Of a stretch of DNA of 64,000 nucleotides, positions 25,573-38,488 are shown piece by piece. The notes under the pieces were generated by a model, which saw nothing but the letters and a program-made list of their open reading frames with translations, was not told the origin of the DNA and searched no databases. The DNA is taken from assembly GCA_045531675.1 (NCBI GenBank), contig JAZSEN010000057.1:10143-74142 (forward strand), in the 5' to 3' direction. The position numbers were made by a program, and so were the translations under genes. This DNA comes from Faecousia sp. Lineage in GTDB: Bacteria; Bacillota; Clostridia; Oscillospirales; Oscillospiraceae. Position 1 is the stretch's first letter. Each line of letters opens with the position of its first letter.

Positions 25573-25842
25573 TCAATCCCCCCTGAACAACGTCAGCGAA
25601 TCCACCCTTCCCATGATAACCAACTGATTCGCTGTCATTCTGCAAAGTGATAAACCCTCGCCGCAGATGCAGAGAATTCCGAACTTTACCCGAATCTGAA
25701 TTCGTTCCCGACTGTATTCCGTCACGCCCCGATGATGCTCTATCAGCACACGCCGGTCGCCCAGCAGCTCTACCAATGTTTGCCCCGGCAGAATCTCGTC
25801 CTGCTTTGCCAGCCGGTCCATCCAGCCGCCTCCCTGTTTCAT
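25573..25842 (-). CDS. yqfC: YabP/YqfC family sporulation protein
   Basis: VLIEHHRGVTEYS...I.GEGL motif. Confidence 0.85.
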   Translation of the reverse strand: MKQGGGWMDRLAKQDEILPGQTLVELLGDRRVLIEHHRGVTEYSRERIQIRVKFGILCICGEGLSLCRMTANQLVIMGRVDSLTLFRGD

Positions 25843-25896
25843 GGACACACCCCCGTATGGAATGGTATGAAGTGGATGGGATGAAATTGACCGATG

Positions 25897-25907
25897 CCGC
25901 ATAGGTT
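25897..25907 (+). promoter_or_regulatory. Probable sigmaE-type -10 element upstream of ylbJ
   Basis: CCGCATAGGTT, identical to the 11-mer upstream of spoIIIAA (43459-43469, minus strand). Confidence 0.5.
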
Positions 25908-25925
25908 CTTCTGAGGTGATTGGAT

Positions 25926-26942
25926 ATGGGGGCTGTCAAAGCCATTGGTGCGGCTGCGGTTATGATGGTGCTGATTCTGGACAGTAAATGCGCTCTGTCA
26001 GGTGCAACAGAAGGACTGGAGCTGTGTATACAGAGGGTGATACCAACATTATTCCCGTTTTTTGTCCTTTCCACTATTCTGTCCGCCTCGGTAACCAAGC
26101 TTCCAAAACCTTTCTTAAAGCTGTTTCGTATCAGTCCCAACGCAGGAGCCGCATTGCTGACTGGCTTACTGGGTGGATATCCTGTGGGCGCAAGAGTTAT
26201 CAGTCAGACCTACGAAGATGGCGCAATTTCTAAAGCGGAAGCCCGGCGATTGCTTCCAATATGCAACCAGTGCGGACCTTCCTTTATTTTCGGGATGGGC
26301 ATGGCACTGTTTTCGGATGTAAGAGTGTGTCTGGCAGTCTGGCTGATTCAACTGTTTAGTGCTGTCATCCTTGCCAGAATCCTTCCGGCGACACCAACCT
26401 TTTCGATGAAAAAGTCCTCAGTAAAGGATGTATCCCTGCCAGAGGCGTTAAAGAGCGGACTATACACCACCGCAACCGTCTGTGGATGGGTTGTTTTGTT
26501 TCGTATCCTGTTTCGATTTCTGGAGCGATGGATTTTATGGTCGATGCCGCCGGTAGTGCAAATCGGCCTTTGCGGACTACTGGAACTGGCGAATGGGTTC
26601 ACAGAGCTTTCTGGCATCAGCAATGTGGAATTACGATTTTTGTTATGTGTCATCATGGCGAGCTTTGGCGGTGTATGCGTGACTATGCAGACCTTTAGCG
26701 TCCTCCCCCCGAACCTTGACCGGCGTGCATATTTCCCGGGAAAAGTTTTACAAGCGTCCATCTGCGCTCTGATTGCAACTGTACTGATAGGAGAATTCCG
26801 ACTGATTCCCTTGCTATGCGTGATAATCTGCGGAATATATATGGTAAATTTGAAAATAACAGTAGCATTTCGGAAAGAAAAAGTGTATAATGACACCATC
26901 AAGGATGCGAGGATACTGCTATGCTCTTCAGAAAAAAGATAG
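25926..26942 (+). CDS. ylbJ: Sporulation integral membrane protein YlbJ-like
   Basis: VIPTLFPF, GLLGGYPVGA, GPSFI, GLLELANG, FGGVCVTMQ. Confidence 0.8.
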   Translation: MGAVKAIGAAAVMMVLILDSKCALSGATEGLELCIQRVIPTLFPFFVLSTILSASVTKLPKPFLKLFRISPNAGAALLTGLLGGYPVGARVISQTYEDGAISKAEARRLLPICNQCGPSFIFGMGMALFSDVRVCLAVWLIQLFSAVILARILPATPTFSMKKSSVKDVSLPEALKSGLYTTATVCGWVVLFRILFRFLERWILWSMPPVVQIGLCGLLELANGFTELSGISNVELRFLLCVIMASFGGVCVTMQTFSVLPPNLDRRAYFPGKVLQASICALIATVLIGEFRLIPLLCVIICGIYMVNLKITVAFRKEKVYNDTIKDARILLCSSEKR

Positions 26943-27130
26943 AATGTTCCTGCCGGTACTGCCATCGTGGTACGGTCATGGAGGATGGTATGGTGCTGTG
27001 CGTGAAGCGCGGAGTTTTACCGGAGCAGGATAAATGCCGTAAATTCAAATACGATCCCTGCAAGCGGATTCCTATTAAGGCAAAACCGCTGGATTTCAAC
27101 AAATACGAGGAGTGCGATTTCTCCTTGTAA
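26921..27130 (+). CDS. Small Cys-rich conserved hypothetical protein (69 aa)
   Basis: CxxC..C..C pattern, FKYDP.KRIP, ends DFSL; upstream TATAAT and AGGA. Confidence 0.75.
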   Translation: MLFRKKIECSCRYCHRGTVMEDGMVLCVKRGVLPEQDKCRKFKYDPCKRIPIKAKPLDFNKYEECDFSL

Positions 27131-27169
27131 TGGTTACAGCCGGAAAGCAAATGCTTTCCGGCTGTTCGC

Positions 27170-29759
<2,590 letters not shown>

Positions 29760-29775
29760 CGCACCCCCTCTGATA

Positions 29776-29803
29776 AAGGTATGCGATGACAACCGAATTA
29801 TGA
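29776..29803 (-). promoter_or_regulatory. sigmaE-type promoter of yunB
   Basis: TCATAAT-13 bp-CATACCTT on the minus strand. Confidence 0.6.
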
Positions 29804-32158
29804 CAGCTTTTTCATATGGGCAAAAGCAGTTTTCGCCATCAGCTTTTTGGTACCAATCTGGTCGAACGCAATTTCAAGCAGTGCGTCATTCCCCATTTTC
29901 AGTACTGACAGCACCATTCCCCTGCCAAATGCCGCATGCTGCACCATATCGCCCTTGCTGATTTCAGGACAGGGCGCAGATTCCGGTTGTGGCTTGCGAA
30001 CCTGATTATTAAGATAGTTGTTGCTGACCGGAATGTTGTAATGATAAGCCTCACGCCGTTGATAGCCGCCCTTGCGGACGATACAATCCTCCGGAATTTC
30101 CTTGAGGAATCGGGAAGCCAGCGCCGCGTTGGTTCGGCCGTAAAGCATGCGCTGACGGGCATAGGAAATAGTGAGTGTCTGCTTGGCACGGGTGATTGCC
30201 ACATAGCAAAGTCGCCGCTCCTCCTCCATCTCCTCTCCGTCACCGATGGCTCGCATTCCAGGGAAAAGTCCATCCTCAAAGCCGACAATGTAAACATGAG
30301 GAAACTCCAGACCCTTTGCGGTATGCATGGTCATCAGCACCACCGCATCATCGCCGTCGTTGTACTGCTCGATATCGGTATAGAGCGCAATTTCCTCTAA
30401 AAACCCTGCCAATGTGGGTGTTTCGGTGCTTTCAACATAAGCATTGATACTGGAACGCAACTCACGAATGTTTTCCAAGCGGGTTTTGTTTTCTTCGGTG
30501 GGTTTCATCTCCAGCATATCGGCATAGCCTGTGCGTTTCATCAGCTCATCATAAAATTCCGGCAGGCTCATCCCTTGCTCCAACATCTGTGCCAAATCTT
30601 CAATCATCACAGTAAACTGCAGCAGCTTTGCGGCAGACTTCTCCAGAGGTCCATAGGAATAAGGATCCGACACTACACTATACATCGGTAACGAAGCTGC
30701 CTGAGACAACCGCTCCACATTTTCAATGGTTTTGGCACCCAGACCTCTGGGGGGATTATTGATGATACGTTTCAAGCGAAAATCATCGTTGCGGTTGTTG
30801 ATGATACCCAGATAGCTGACCATGTCCTTGATTTCCGCACGATCGAAGAAACGAGTACCGCCAATGATGCGGTACGGAATACCGTTTCGCTTCAGGGCAT
30901 ACTCCAACGCGTTGGACTGGGCATTGGTTCGGTACAATATGGCGTGGTCACCGAACTTTTTGCCACGCATGATTTGTCCGGCGACGAAGTTTGCCTCCGC
31001 CCCCTCGTCATTGGCTTCATAAACAATTACCGGGTCACCAGCTCCATTGGCAGTCCAAAGCCGTTTCCCCTTTCGTCCCAGATTATGGGCAATCACAGCA
31101 TTTGCGGCATTGAGAATGGACTGGGTGGAGCGGTAGTTCTGCTCCAAACGAATGGTGCGACAGCCACGGTATTGTTTTTCGAAATCGAGAATGTTGGCAA
31201 TGGTCGCACCACGAAAGCGGTAGATGCTCTGGTCATCATCACCCACCACGCAGATATTTTCATGTCCGCCGCCTAAAAGACTGGTCAGCAGATACTGCAT
31301 ATGGTTGGTATCCTGATACTCGTCCACCAGAACGTAACGGAACTTCCGCTGATAGTATTCCAGAACATCAGGGTTTTCCTGCAGGAGCTTAACAGTCAGA
31401 AAAATGATATCGTCAAAGTCCAGCGCGTTGTTTTCTTTCAGGCGGGTCTGATAGGTGCGATACACCTTCGCCACCAGAATGGCACGATGGTCATTGACTG
31501 CCTCAGCACGGCTGAGCATCCGTTCCGGCGTGGTGAATGCATCCTTTTCACGGCTCACCGCACCCAGAACATACTTCGCAGGGAATGTCTTTTCATCCAG
31601 ATCCATTTCCTTAATGATATCTTTCATAATACGTTCGGAATCGGTCTGGTCGTAAATTGTAAAATGAGTGGTATACCCCAGACGGTCGATGTAGCGCCTG
31701 AGAATCCGGCAGCAGGCAGAATGGAAGGTCATCGCCCAAACATCCTGCGCCCCTTCGCCAAGGATTCTCCCAAGCCGCTCCTTCAGCTCATTGGCAGCCT
31801 TGTTGGTAAAGGTGATGGCGATGATGCTCCATGGATTGGCAGGCTCAACAGCGCAAATCCAGTCAGCACGACGCCGGTCCGCCTCAGAAACATGCTCGGT
31901 AAGATTCTCAAGGAACAGCAAATCTTCTTCCGTAACCGTATCCGGAATCCAATTGGAGTCGCTGCCGGAGCCAAAACGAATGAGATTGGCGATTCGATGA
32001 ATCAGCACAGTGGTCTTTCCGCTTCCGGCACCTGCAAGCAAAAGCAAGGGGCCCTCTGTGGTCAGCACCGCCTGACGCTGCATGGGGTTCAGGCTGGCAA
32101 ACTGGCTTTCAATATATGCCTTTCTGGCATTCAAAAATCTGGTTTCAAAATCCATCAT
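29798..32158 (-). CDS. pcrA: ATP-dependent DNA helicase PcrA/UvrD
   Basis: AGAGSGKT, TFTNKAA, DEYQDTN, GDDDQSIY, HTAKGLEF, EERRLCYVAITRA. Confidence 0.96.
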   Translation of the reverse strand: MMDFETRFLNARKAYIESQFASLNPMQRQAVLTTEGPLLLLAGAGSGKTTVLIHRIANLIRFGSGSDSNWIPDTVTEEDLLFLENLTEHVSEADRRRADWICAVEPANPWSIIAITFTNKAANELKERLGRILGEGAQDVWAMTFHSACCRILRRYIDRLGYTTHFTIYDQTDSERIMKDIIKEMDLDEKTFPAKYVLGAVSREKDAFTTPERMLSRAEAVNDHRAILVAKVYRTYQTRLKENNALDFDDIIFLTVKLLQENPDVLEYYQRKFRYVLVDEYQDTNHMQYLLTSLLGGGHENICVVGDDDQSIYRFRGATIANILDFEKQYRGCRTIRLEQNYRSTQSILNAANAVIAHNLGRKGKRLWTANGAGDPVIVYEANDEGAEANFVAGQIMRGKKFGDHAILYRTNAQSNALEYALKRNGIPYRIIGGTRFFDRAEIKDMVSYLGIINNRNDDFRLKRIINNPPRGLGAKTIENVERLSQAASLPMYSVVSDPYSYGPLEKSAAKLLQFTVMIEDLAQMLEQGMSLPEFYDELMKRTGYADMLEMKPTEENKTRLENIRELRSSINAYVESTETPTLAGFLEEIALYTDIEQYNDGDDAVVLMTMHTAKGLEFPHVYIVGFEDGLFPGMRAIGDGEEMEEERRLCYVAITRAKQTLTISYARQRMLYGRTNAALASRFLKEIPEDCIVRKGGYQRREAYHYNIPVSNNYLNNQVRKPQPESAPCPEISKGDMVQHAAFGRGMVLSVLKMGNDALLEIAFDQIGTKKLMAKTAFAHMKKLS

Positions 32159-32268
32159 CGTATTCCCTATCGCTTCAAATTGATAGTTCCATTTTACTTC
32201 ATCCGACTGTATTTTTCAATACCGCAGCAAAAAATACGACGCAGTTTCGCAACTGCGCCGTATAAGTA

Positions 32269-33276
32269 TTATAGCAGTCGAATGCCTGCTTTCTGACACT
32301 CATCCATAGTCTGCTGATCCCAGACGCTGGACTGGACTTCGCCGATATGAGCGCAGCCCATCATCAGCATGCTCAGTCGGGACTGACCGATACCGCCGCC
32401 GATGGTCAGGGGCAGTTCACCATTCAACAGGGCCTTGTGGAAAGGCAACTCTCTGCGGTCATCACACCCGGCTAAGGTCAGCTGACGATCCAGTGCGTCA
32501 GAATCCACACGGATACCCATGGAGGAAATCTCAAGAGAACGCCCCAAAACCTCATCCCAGAAGAAAATATCGCAATTCAGCTTCCAGTCATCGTAGTCCG
32601 GTGCGCGACCGTCATGAGGCTTTCCGGATTTCAGCTTGCCACCAATCTGCATGATGCAGGCGGTGTGATTCTCGCGGACGAAGGCATCCTCTCGCTCATG
32701 TCCGGTCAGGTCGGGGTACATATACTCCAGTTCCTGCGTGGTAACAAAGGCCACTTCCCGATTCAGCTCTACACGAAGCTGGGGATAACGAACATGCAGC
32801 CGGTCATTGGTGTTGCAAATGGCGCCAACAATTGCACGGACAATCAGCTTCAGATAATCCAGATTCCGGTTTTCCTTGGTGATGACCTTTTCCCAGTCCC
32901 ACTGGTCAACGTATATGGAATGTACATTATCCAAATCCTCATCCCGACGGATGGCGTTCATATCGGTATACAGACCATTGCCAATGCCGAAGCCGTACCG
33001 TTTCAAAGCCAGCCGTTTCCACTTTGCAAGAGAATGAACCACCTGAGCATCGTTGCCAACAGCAGGAATATCGAAGGAAACAGGGCGCTCATAGCCGTTC
33101 AGATTATCATTCAGACCGGAATCAGCCGTGACAAAAAGCGGCGCAGACACACGCTTCAAATTCAGCGCACCGGAAAACTCATCCTGAAAAGTCTGCTTAA
33201 TGTAGGCAATGGCCCGTTGGGTATCATATTCATCCAGTACAGGCTTGTAGCCCTGCGGTATGTAAATCTTGTTCAT
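32269..33276 (-). CDS. asnA: Aspartate-ammonia ligase
   Basis: VVHSLAKWKR, YVDQWDWE, RAPDYDDW, TIGGGIGQSR. Confidence 0.96.
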   Translation of the reverse strand: MNKIYIPQGYKPVLDEYDTQRAIAYIKQTFQDEFSGALNLKRVSAPLFVTADSGLNDNLNGYERPVSFDIPAVGNDAQVVHSLAKWKRLALKRYGFGIGNGLYTDMNAIRRDEDLDNVHSIYVDQWDWEKVITKENRNLDYLKLIVRAIVGAICNTNDRLHVRYPQLRVELNREVAFVTTQELEYMYPDLTGHEREDAFVRENHTACIMQIGGKLKSGKPHDGRAPDYDDWKLNCDIFFWDEVLGRSLEISSMGIRVDSDALDRQLTLAGCDDRRELPFHKALLNGELPLTIGGGIGQSRLSMLMMGCAHIGEVQSSVWDQQTMDECQKAGIRLL

Positions 33277-33342
33277 AACATTCGCCGTCCTTTCTCACAG
33301 GCTATATGTTACCATATATTTCGAAAAAATCAAGGATCGGTG

Positions 33343-34707
33343 TTACAGGAAAATGTACTTCAGAATAAACAGGACAGCCAGAATGTACATCAGGGGCTTG
33401 ACCTTCTTTGCCTTGCCGGTGGCAATATTCAGAATTACATAAGAAATGATGCCCAGAGAGATACCCTCGGAGATGCTGTAAAACAGAGGCATGGCGATAA
33501 TGGCAATATAGGCAGGGATGCACTCGGTCAAGTTGTCATCATCGAAACGAATCTCCGTCACGGAGCTAACCATCAGGAAACCTACCATAATCAGAGCAGG
33601 TGCGGTGGCAAAGGAGGGAATGGCGGTAAACAGAGGAGCAAACAAAGTAGAAAGCAGGAACAGCAGACCGGCAACCAGCGCAGTAAGACCGGTTCTTCCG
33701 CCGGCGCCGACGCCGGAGGCACTTTCAACGAAGGTGGTAACTGTAGAGGTACCCAGAACTGCACCGGCGGTGGTACCGATTGCATCTGCCATCAGAGCAG
33801 AGCGGATACCGGGCAAGCGGCCGTCCTTATCCAGCATACCGGCCTTGGTGCTAACACCAATCAGCGTACCCAATGTATCGAACAGGTCTACAAACAGGAA
33901 CGCAAAAATAACTACAACGAAATCCAAAGGTTTAATAGTGGAGAAATCAATAGCAAAACACTGACCGAAGGTATTGCCCAGCTTGGAAAAATCCACGGAA
34001 ATGAAACTATCGGGAATCAGGCTGAAGTAACCGGCATCCATATTAGGCGTATACCAGCCCACCAGCTCGCAAATGATACCCAGCACCCATGTTGCCACAA
34101 TGCCAATCAGCATGGAGGCCTTCACGCCACGGATATGGAGGGCGGCGGTAATCATTAGACCCACCAGCGCCAGAAGAGCGCAGATACCGCTGGTGGTGAA
34201 ATTATCCGTAAAGCTTGTGATGGTAACCAACGTGGTGGAATCCACCGCCAGTCCGGCATTCTGCAGGCCGATAAAGGCGATAAACAGACCAATACCCACA
34301 GAAACGCCCCGCTTCAGAGTCAGGGGAATGGCATTGAAAATTGCTTCGCGAACGTTGGTGAGGGAAAGAATGATGAAAATAATACCCTCAGCAAACACAG
34401 CAAGCAACGCAATCTGCCAGCTATAACCCATACCCTGAACCACAGTATAAGCAAGGTACGCATTCAGACCCATACCGGCAGACAGCACAAAGGGCAGATT
34501 GGCCATGAATGCCATACATGCAGTACCAATAAAGGAAGCAATTGCAGTGGCAAGGAGAACCGCTGTGGGATCCATGCCGGCGGCCTTTAGGATATCCGGA
34601 TTGACAGCCAGAATGTAAGCCATTGTCATGAAGGTGGTAATACCGGCAATGACTTCTGTCTTGACTGTGGTATTATTCTTTGAAAGCTTAAAAACCTTTT
34701 CGAGCAT
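33343..34707 (-). CDS. NCS2/AzgA family purine permease
   Basis: GITTFMTMAYIL.VNP, GMGLNAY, FDTLGTL, ESASGV..GGRTGL. Confidence 0.92.
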   Translation of the reverse strand: MLEKVFKLSKNNTTVKTEVIAGITTFMTMAYILAVNPDILKAAGMDPTAVLLATAIASFIGTACMAFMANLPFVLSAGMGLNAYLAYTVVQGMGYSWQIALLAVFAEGIIFIILSLTNVREAIFNAIPLTLKRGVSVGIGLFIAFIGLQNAGLAVDSTTLVTITSFTDNFTTSGICALLALVGLMITAALHIRGVKASMLIGIVATWVLGIICELVGWYTPNMDAGYFSLIPDSFISVDFSKLGNTFGQCFAIDFSTIKPLDFVVVIFAFLFVDLFDTLGTLIGVSTKAGMLDKDGRLPGIRSALMADAIGTTAGAVLGTSTVTTFVESASGVGAGGRTGLTALVAGLLFLLSTLFAPLFTAIPSFATAPALIMVGFLMVSSVTEIRFDDDNLTECIPAYIAIIAMPLFYSISEGISLGIISYVILNIATGKAKKVKPLMYILAVLFILKYIFL

Positions 34708-34828
34708 AGTAATTGTCCTTTCTATTTAATCGCACGACAATCATTGTATCACTATATTTCTGAAAAGCAAGACCAATATTCACGGATTATTCAAAAATTC
34801 TCCCGACCATTGGCGGTCGGGAGAATGG

Positions 34829-35680
34829 TTATACAGTTCGATCTGTCAGGCTTTTCGCCAGTTCAGTCATGTAAGCCGCATCATCGAAGGCAGACAGCGC
34901 ATCAATGGCAACTGCGGTGTATTTTTGCACCAGCTCTTCACATTTCTCCAAGCCGTACAGTCGGACGAAGGTATTCTTTCCTTCGTCCACGCCGACAGCT
35001 TTCCCAAGCTCATCGGCATTACCGATAACGTCCAGCATATCGTCGCGAATCTGGAAAGCCAGCCCCAGCGCACCGGCGAATCTGCCGGCTGCAGCAATCT
35101 GCTCCTCCGTGGCACCACCTGCCATGGCACCGGTGACACAGGCGGCGTTAATCAGCGCACCGGTCTTACGAGTCTGGATGTCCAGAACCTCCTGTTCTGT
35201 CAGAACCCGTTCCTCGCTCATAATGTCCAGTACCTGACCGCCTACCATGCCGAGAGAACCGGCACATTCTGCCAATACCCCCACAGCTTCGGCGATACCT
35301 GCTGTGGACGCAACACAAAAAGCATCCGTCAGCAACGCGTCACCGGCAAGAATGGCCATCGCCTCGCCGTAAACCTTGTGATTGGTCAGTCTGCCACGGC
35401 GGTAATCATCATTATCCATGCAGGGCAAATCGTCGTGAATCAAACTGTAAGTGTGAATCATTTCGATGGCGGCCGCAAAGGGTGCAGCCTTTTTCCAGTC
35501 AGCGCCGCACATCCGGCAGAATTCAAAAGCAAATACTGGTCGGAGCCGCTTACCACCGGCAAGCAAACTGTACTCCACAGCATCAAAAAGCTTTGACTGA
35601 GGCTCATTGTGAAAACGTGTATACCAGTCCTTCATGTATTGCTCAATATACTCACGATACAACACAGTACGTTCAATCAT
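34829..35680 (-). CDS. ispA: Geranyltranstransferase / FPP synthase
   Basis: GGKRLRP, HDDLPCMDND..RRG, FQIRDD. Confidence 0.93.
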   Translation of the reverse strand: MIERTVLYREYIEQYMKDWYTRFHNEPQSKLFDAVEYSLLAGGKRLRPVFAFEFCRMCGADWKKAAPFAAAIEMIHTYSLIHDDLPCMDNDDYRRGRLTNHKVYGEAMAILAGDALLTDAFCVASTAGIAEAVGVLAECAGSLGMVGGQVLDIMSEERVLTEQEVLDIQTRKTGALINAACVTGAMAGGATEEQIAAAGRFAGALGLAFQIRDDMLDVIGNADELGKAVGVDEGKNTFVRLYGLEKCEELVQKYTAVAIDALSAFDDAAYMTELAKSLTDRTV

Positions 35681-35903
35681 TGGGCATGTCCTCCAGCACC
35701 GGCGTGCCATCAGGCGCGGTCATGACCTTTTTCACCTGAAGCTCTGCTTCATCCAGTAATTTACCGCAGTTTCTGACCAACTCCGTACCCTCCTGAAACA
35801 GCTTCAGGGACGCCTCCAACGGCACATCACCCCGCTCCATGGCACGGACAATCTGCTCCAGACGCTGCATATTGGTTTCAAAGGTGGCATTGTGCTGATT
35901 CAT
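35673..35903 (-). CDS. xseB: Exodeoxyribonuclease VII small subunit
   Basis: FE..MQRLEQIV..ME.G.VPLE.SL.LFQEG. Confidence 0.95.
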   Translation of the reverse strand: MNQHNATFETNMQRLEQIVRAMERGDVPLEASLKLFQEGTELVRNCGKLLDEAELQVKKVMTAPDGTPVLEDMPND

Positions 35904-37111
35904 TGGGCATCCTCCTTAACATCAGTGACGGCGGCAGTCACCCGTCCGTCAGACAGAGATAGTGTAATGGTATCACCGGTAGTGATCTGACCGGCAGAGC
36001 GGATTACCGTGCCGTCCTGTCCCTGAACCATGGCGTAGCCACGGGTCAGAACCTTCAGCGGACTCATGGCATCCAGCTTGGCAGTCAGGCCGATATAAGT
36101 TTGTTTTTTACGGTCAATCAATCGAATCTGGGCAGAAATCAGTCGCTCCCGGAGAGCTGAAAGATCCTTTTGCTTCCGCTCCAGATAGCCGGTCGGGCTG
36201 CAAAGAGCCGGACTGGAAGCCAGAACATTCAGATGCCGCCGTGCAGATTTCAGTTGCCGAATCAGCGCAGCAGCCATTGCAGCGGATTGAGAATCCAGCG
36301 CCTGTCGCAGGGCATCCTGATCAGGTACTGCCAGTTCCGCCGCATTGGAAGGCGTAGCAGCACGAAGATCGGCTACATAGTCAGAAATGGTCACATCAGG
36401 CTCATGTCCAACTGCGGAAATCACCGGAATCACAGAATCATAGATGGCATGGGCAACCTGTTCATCATTAAACGCCCACAGGTCCTCGATAGAACCACCG
36501 CCTCTTCCTACAATCAACACATCCGCAAGCTGGTAACGGTTGGCATATCGAATGGCAGCGGCAATTTCACCCGGGGCTTCCACGCCCTGTACCCGTACCG
36601 GCAACAGCCGAACCTGACTTAAAGGATATCGTTTTATCAGGATTCGCAGCATATCATGCAGCGCCGCACCGGCGGAGCTGGTGACAATTCCAATCACTCC
36701 GGGATATCTGGGAATGGGTTTCTTGTGAGCAGGGTCAAATAGCCCCTGCGCCGCCAGTTTTGCTTTCAATTGCTCAAAGGCGGCATGCAAATCGCCAACG
36801 CCGTCCACAGTCAACGCGATACAATAAAGCTGGTAAGCACCGTCACGGGGAAACACACTGATTTTACCCATGGCAATCACCTTCATGCCATTTTCCGGAC
36901 GGAACCGCAGGCGCATGGCGTTGCCCTTGAACATCACCGCCTTCAGCGCTCCACCCTCGTCTTTGAGGGTAAAATAGTGATGTCCGGAGGGGTATAGCTT
37001 ATAGTTGCTGATTTCACCCCGAACGGCAACCTGCGCCAGCATAGGATCGGCATCCATGCGGGAGCGGATATACTCGTTGATTTGTGTAATGGACAGAACA
37101 TTCTGTGCCAT
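35900..37111 (-). CDS. xseA: Exodeoxyribonuclease VII large subunit
   Basis: GEISN..SGH.YFTLKD, RGGGSIEDLWAFN, TPSNAAE. Confidence 0.96.
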   Translation of the reverse strand: MAQNVLSITQINEYIRSRMDADPMLAQVAVRGEISNYKLYPSGHHYFTLKDEGGALKAVMFKGNAMRLRFRPENGMKVIAMGKISVFPRDGAYQLYCIALTVDGVGDLHAAFEQLKAKLAAQGLFDPAHKKPIPRYPGVIGIVTSSAGAALHDMLRILIKRYPLSQVRLLPVRVQGVEAPGEIAAAIRYANRYQLADVLIVGRGGGSIEDLWAFNDEQVAHAIYDSVIPVISAVGHEPDVTISDYVADLRAATPSNAAELAVPDQDALRQALDSQSAAMAAALIRQLKSARRHLNVLASSPALCSPTGYLERKQKDLSALRERLISAQIRLIDRKKQTYIGLTAKLDAMSPLKVLTRGYAMVQGQDGTVIRSAGQITTGDTITLSLSDGRVTAAVTDVKEDAQ

Positions 37112-37112
37112 A

Positions 37113-38030
37113 TCATCCCTCCTGCAGGCGGTGGGCTAGGATAGCCACACCCATGGCGTTATCGGTAGAATACTGGGGTTGCGCGAAAACAGGATTCAGA
37201 GGTGCCAGCACTTGGCGTAGCATAGAATTTGATGCCACACCGCCGGAAAATATCACCGGCAAGTCCGGGTATTCCTTCATGGCATTGAGGGTAGCGGACT
37301 TCACAGCCTGCGCAACACAACGTAATGCGTAGGCGGCTGTTTCTACCGCATCTTCATTGTGGAACTGCTGCACCTTATTCTGAACACCGGACAGAGAAAA
37401 CTCCAGACCGGGGCATTTTACCTTGAACACTTCCCTGCCCTGTGCGGACTGACTGAGCTGGTCCAGATGCTTGCCGGATGGAAACGGCAACTTCAAAAGC
37501 TGACCGGTGCGATCAATGAGCTGACCCGCGGAGATATCTGTCGTTCCGCCGATACGTTCACAGCGAACATTTTTACCGTCTGGCTCAATCAGCAGCAGCT
37601 CGGTGGTGCCGCCGGATAAGTGCCAGCCAAGATGGGGTTGATCCAACAAATCCATTCGTCCGGCACTCCATGCCGCGGCAGCAATATGCCCCTGCTGATG
37701 GGAAACCTCAATCAGCGGCACTTTCAGCGCATCAGACAGTAGCTTTGCGTGGGACAGTCCTACCATAAAGCAAGGCATGTAGCTACCCTCTACGGCTCTA
37801 GGGCGGGTACTGACACCCACAGCAGTGACTGAAGAATAATCAACATTGGAAAACAGCCTGCCGGAAAGCTCCGGCAGGCTTTTGGTATGGTTGAACACTG
37901 CGTCCGATTGACGCAGACCAAGCTCCCCCTCTTTCACAGGAAGGAGTTTGGAAACGTTTACACCTTCATTCCCATCGAAACAAGCGATTGAAGTAGTGTA
38001 ATTACTGGTGTCAAAACCGATGACACTCAT
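37113..38030 (-). CDS. TsaD/Kae1-like ASKHA paralog (glycoprotease family)
   Basis: GFDTSNYTTS, GLRQSDAVF.H, SHQQGH, SGGTT, TDNA. Confidence 0.85.
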   Translation of the reverse strand: MSVIGFDTSNYTTSIACFDGNEGVNVSKLLPVKEGELGLRQSDAVFNHTKSLPELSGRLFSNVDYSSVTAVGVSTRPRAVEGSYMPCFMVGLSHAKLLSDALKVPLIEVSHQQGHIAAAAWSAGRMDLLDQPHLGWHLSGGTTELLLIEPDGKNVRCERIGGTTDISAGQLIDRTGQLLKLPFPSGKHLDQLSQSAQGREVFKVKCPGLEFSLSGVQNKVQQFHNEDAVETAAYALRCVAQAVKSATLNAMKEYPDLPVIFSGGVASNSMLRQVLAPLNPVFAQPQYSTDNAMGVAILAHRLQEG

Positions 38031-38485
38031 TTCGCACCCTCAGCAGTCAGGCTTCTGGTAAAGGATCCCAGAATACCATTGACAAAGGAACCGGTATCGT
38101 CACCGTCATACTTTTTGGCGATACGAACCGCCTCAGAAACGGCAACGCCGGTGGGAACATCCTCAACATATAAAATCTCAAAGATTGCCAGCTGCATAAT
38201 GGCGCGGGTCAATCTGGAGATACGGCTCACATCCCAACCGATGGAGAATTTCTGAATCTGGGCATTTAATTCTTCAGTACGGTTGGCAACGCCACCAACC
38301 ACCTTATCCAGATAGGCAACCTGTGCAGGATTGGGACGGTCGGCATAGATATCATTTTCCTGAGAAAGCTTGGCGTAGTATTCCTTCGCCAGCCGGACGG
38401 CAACCACTTTCTCCGGCTCTTCACCGGTGAAGTCACGACCGTAAATCAAGTGAACAGCCAGCTCTCTGGCGTTTGCTCTTGTCAT
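38027..38485 (-). CDS. nusB: Transcription antitermination factor NusB
   Basis: R..ARE.A, VAVSEAV.IAKKY, FVNGILG. Confidence 0.93.
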   Translation of the reverse strand: MTRANARELAVHLIYGRDFTGEEPEKVVAVRLAKEYYAKLSQENDIYADRPNPAQVAYLDKVVGGVANRTEELNAQIQKFSIGWDVSRISRLTRAIMQLAIFEILYVEDVPTGVAVSEAVRIAKKYDGDDTGSFVNGILGSFTRSLTAEGAK

Positions 38486-38488
38486 GGC

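Noticed and set aside
31840-31980. About 45-aa insertion in PcrA after Walker A (possible intein)
   Set aside because: No intein terminal residues; it appears to be a lineage-typical loop insertion.
34708-34828. Purine riboswitch upstream of the NCS2 permease
   Set aside because: The leader is short, lacks the aptamer consensus and holds only the ispA terminator hairpin and promoter-like sequence.
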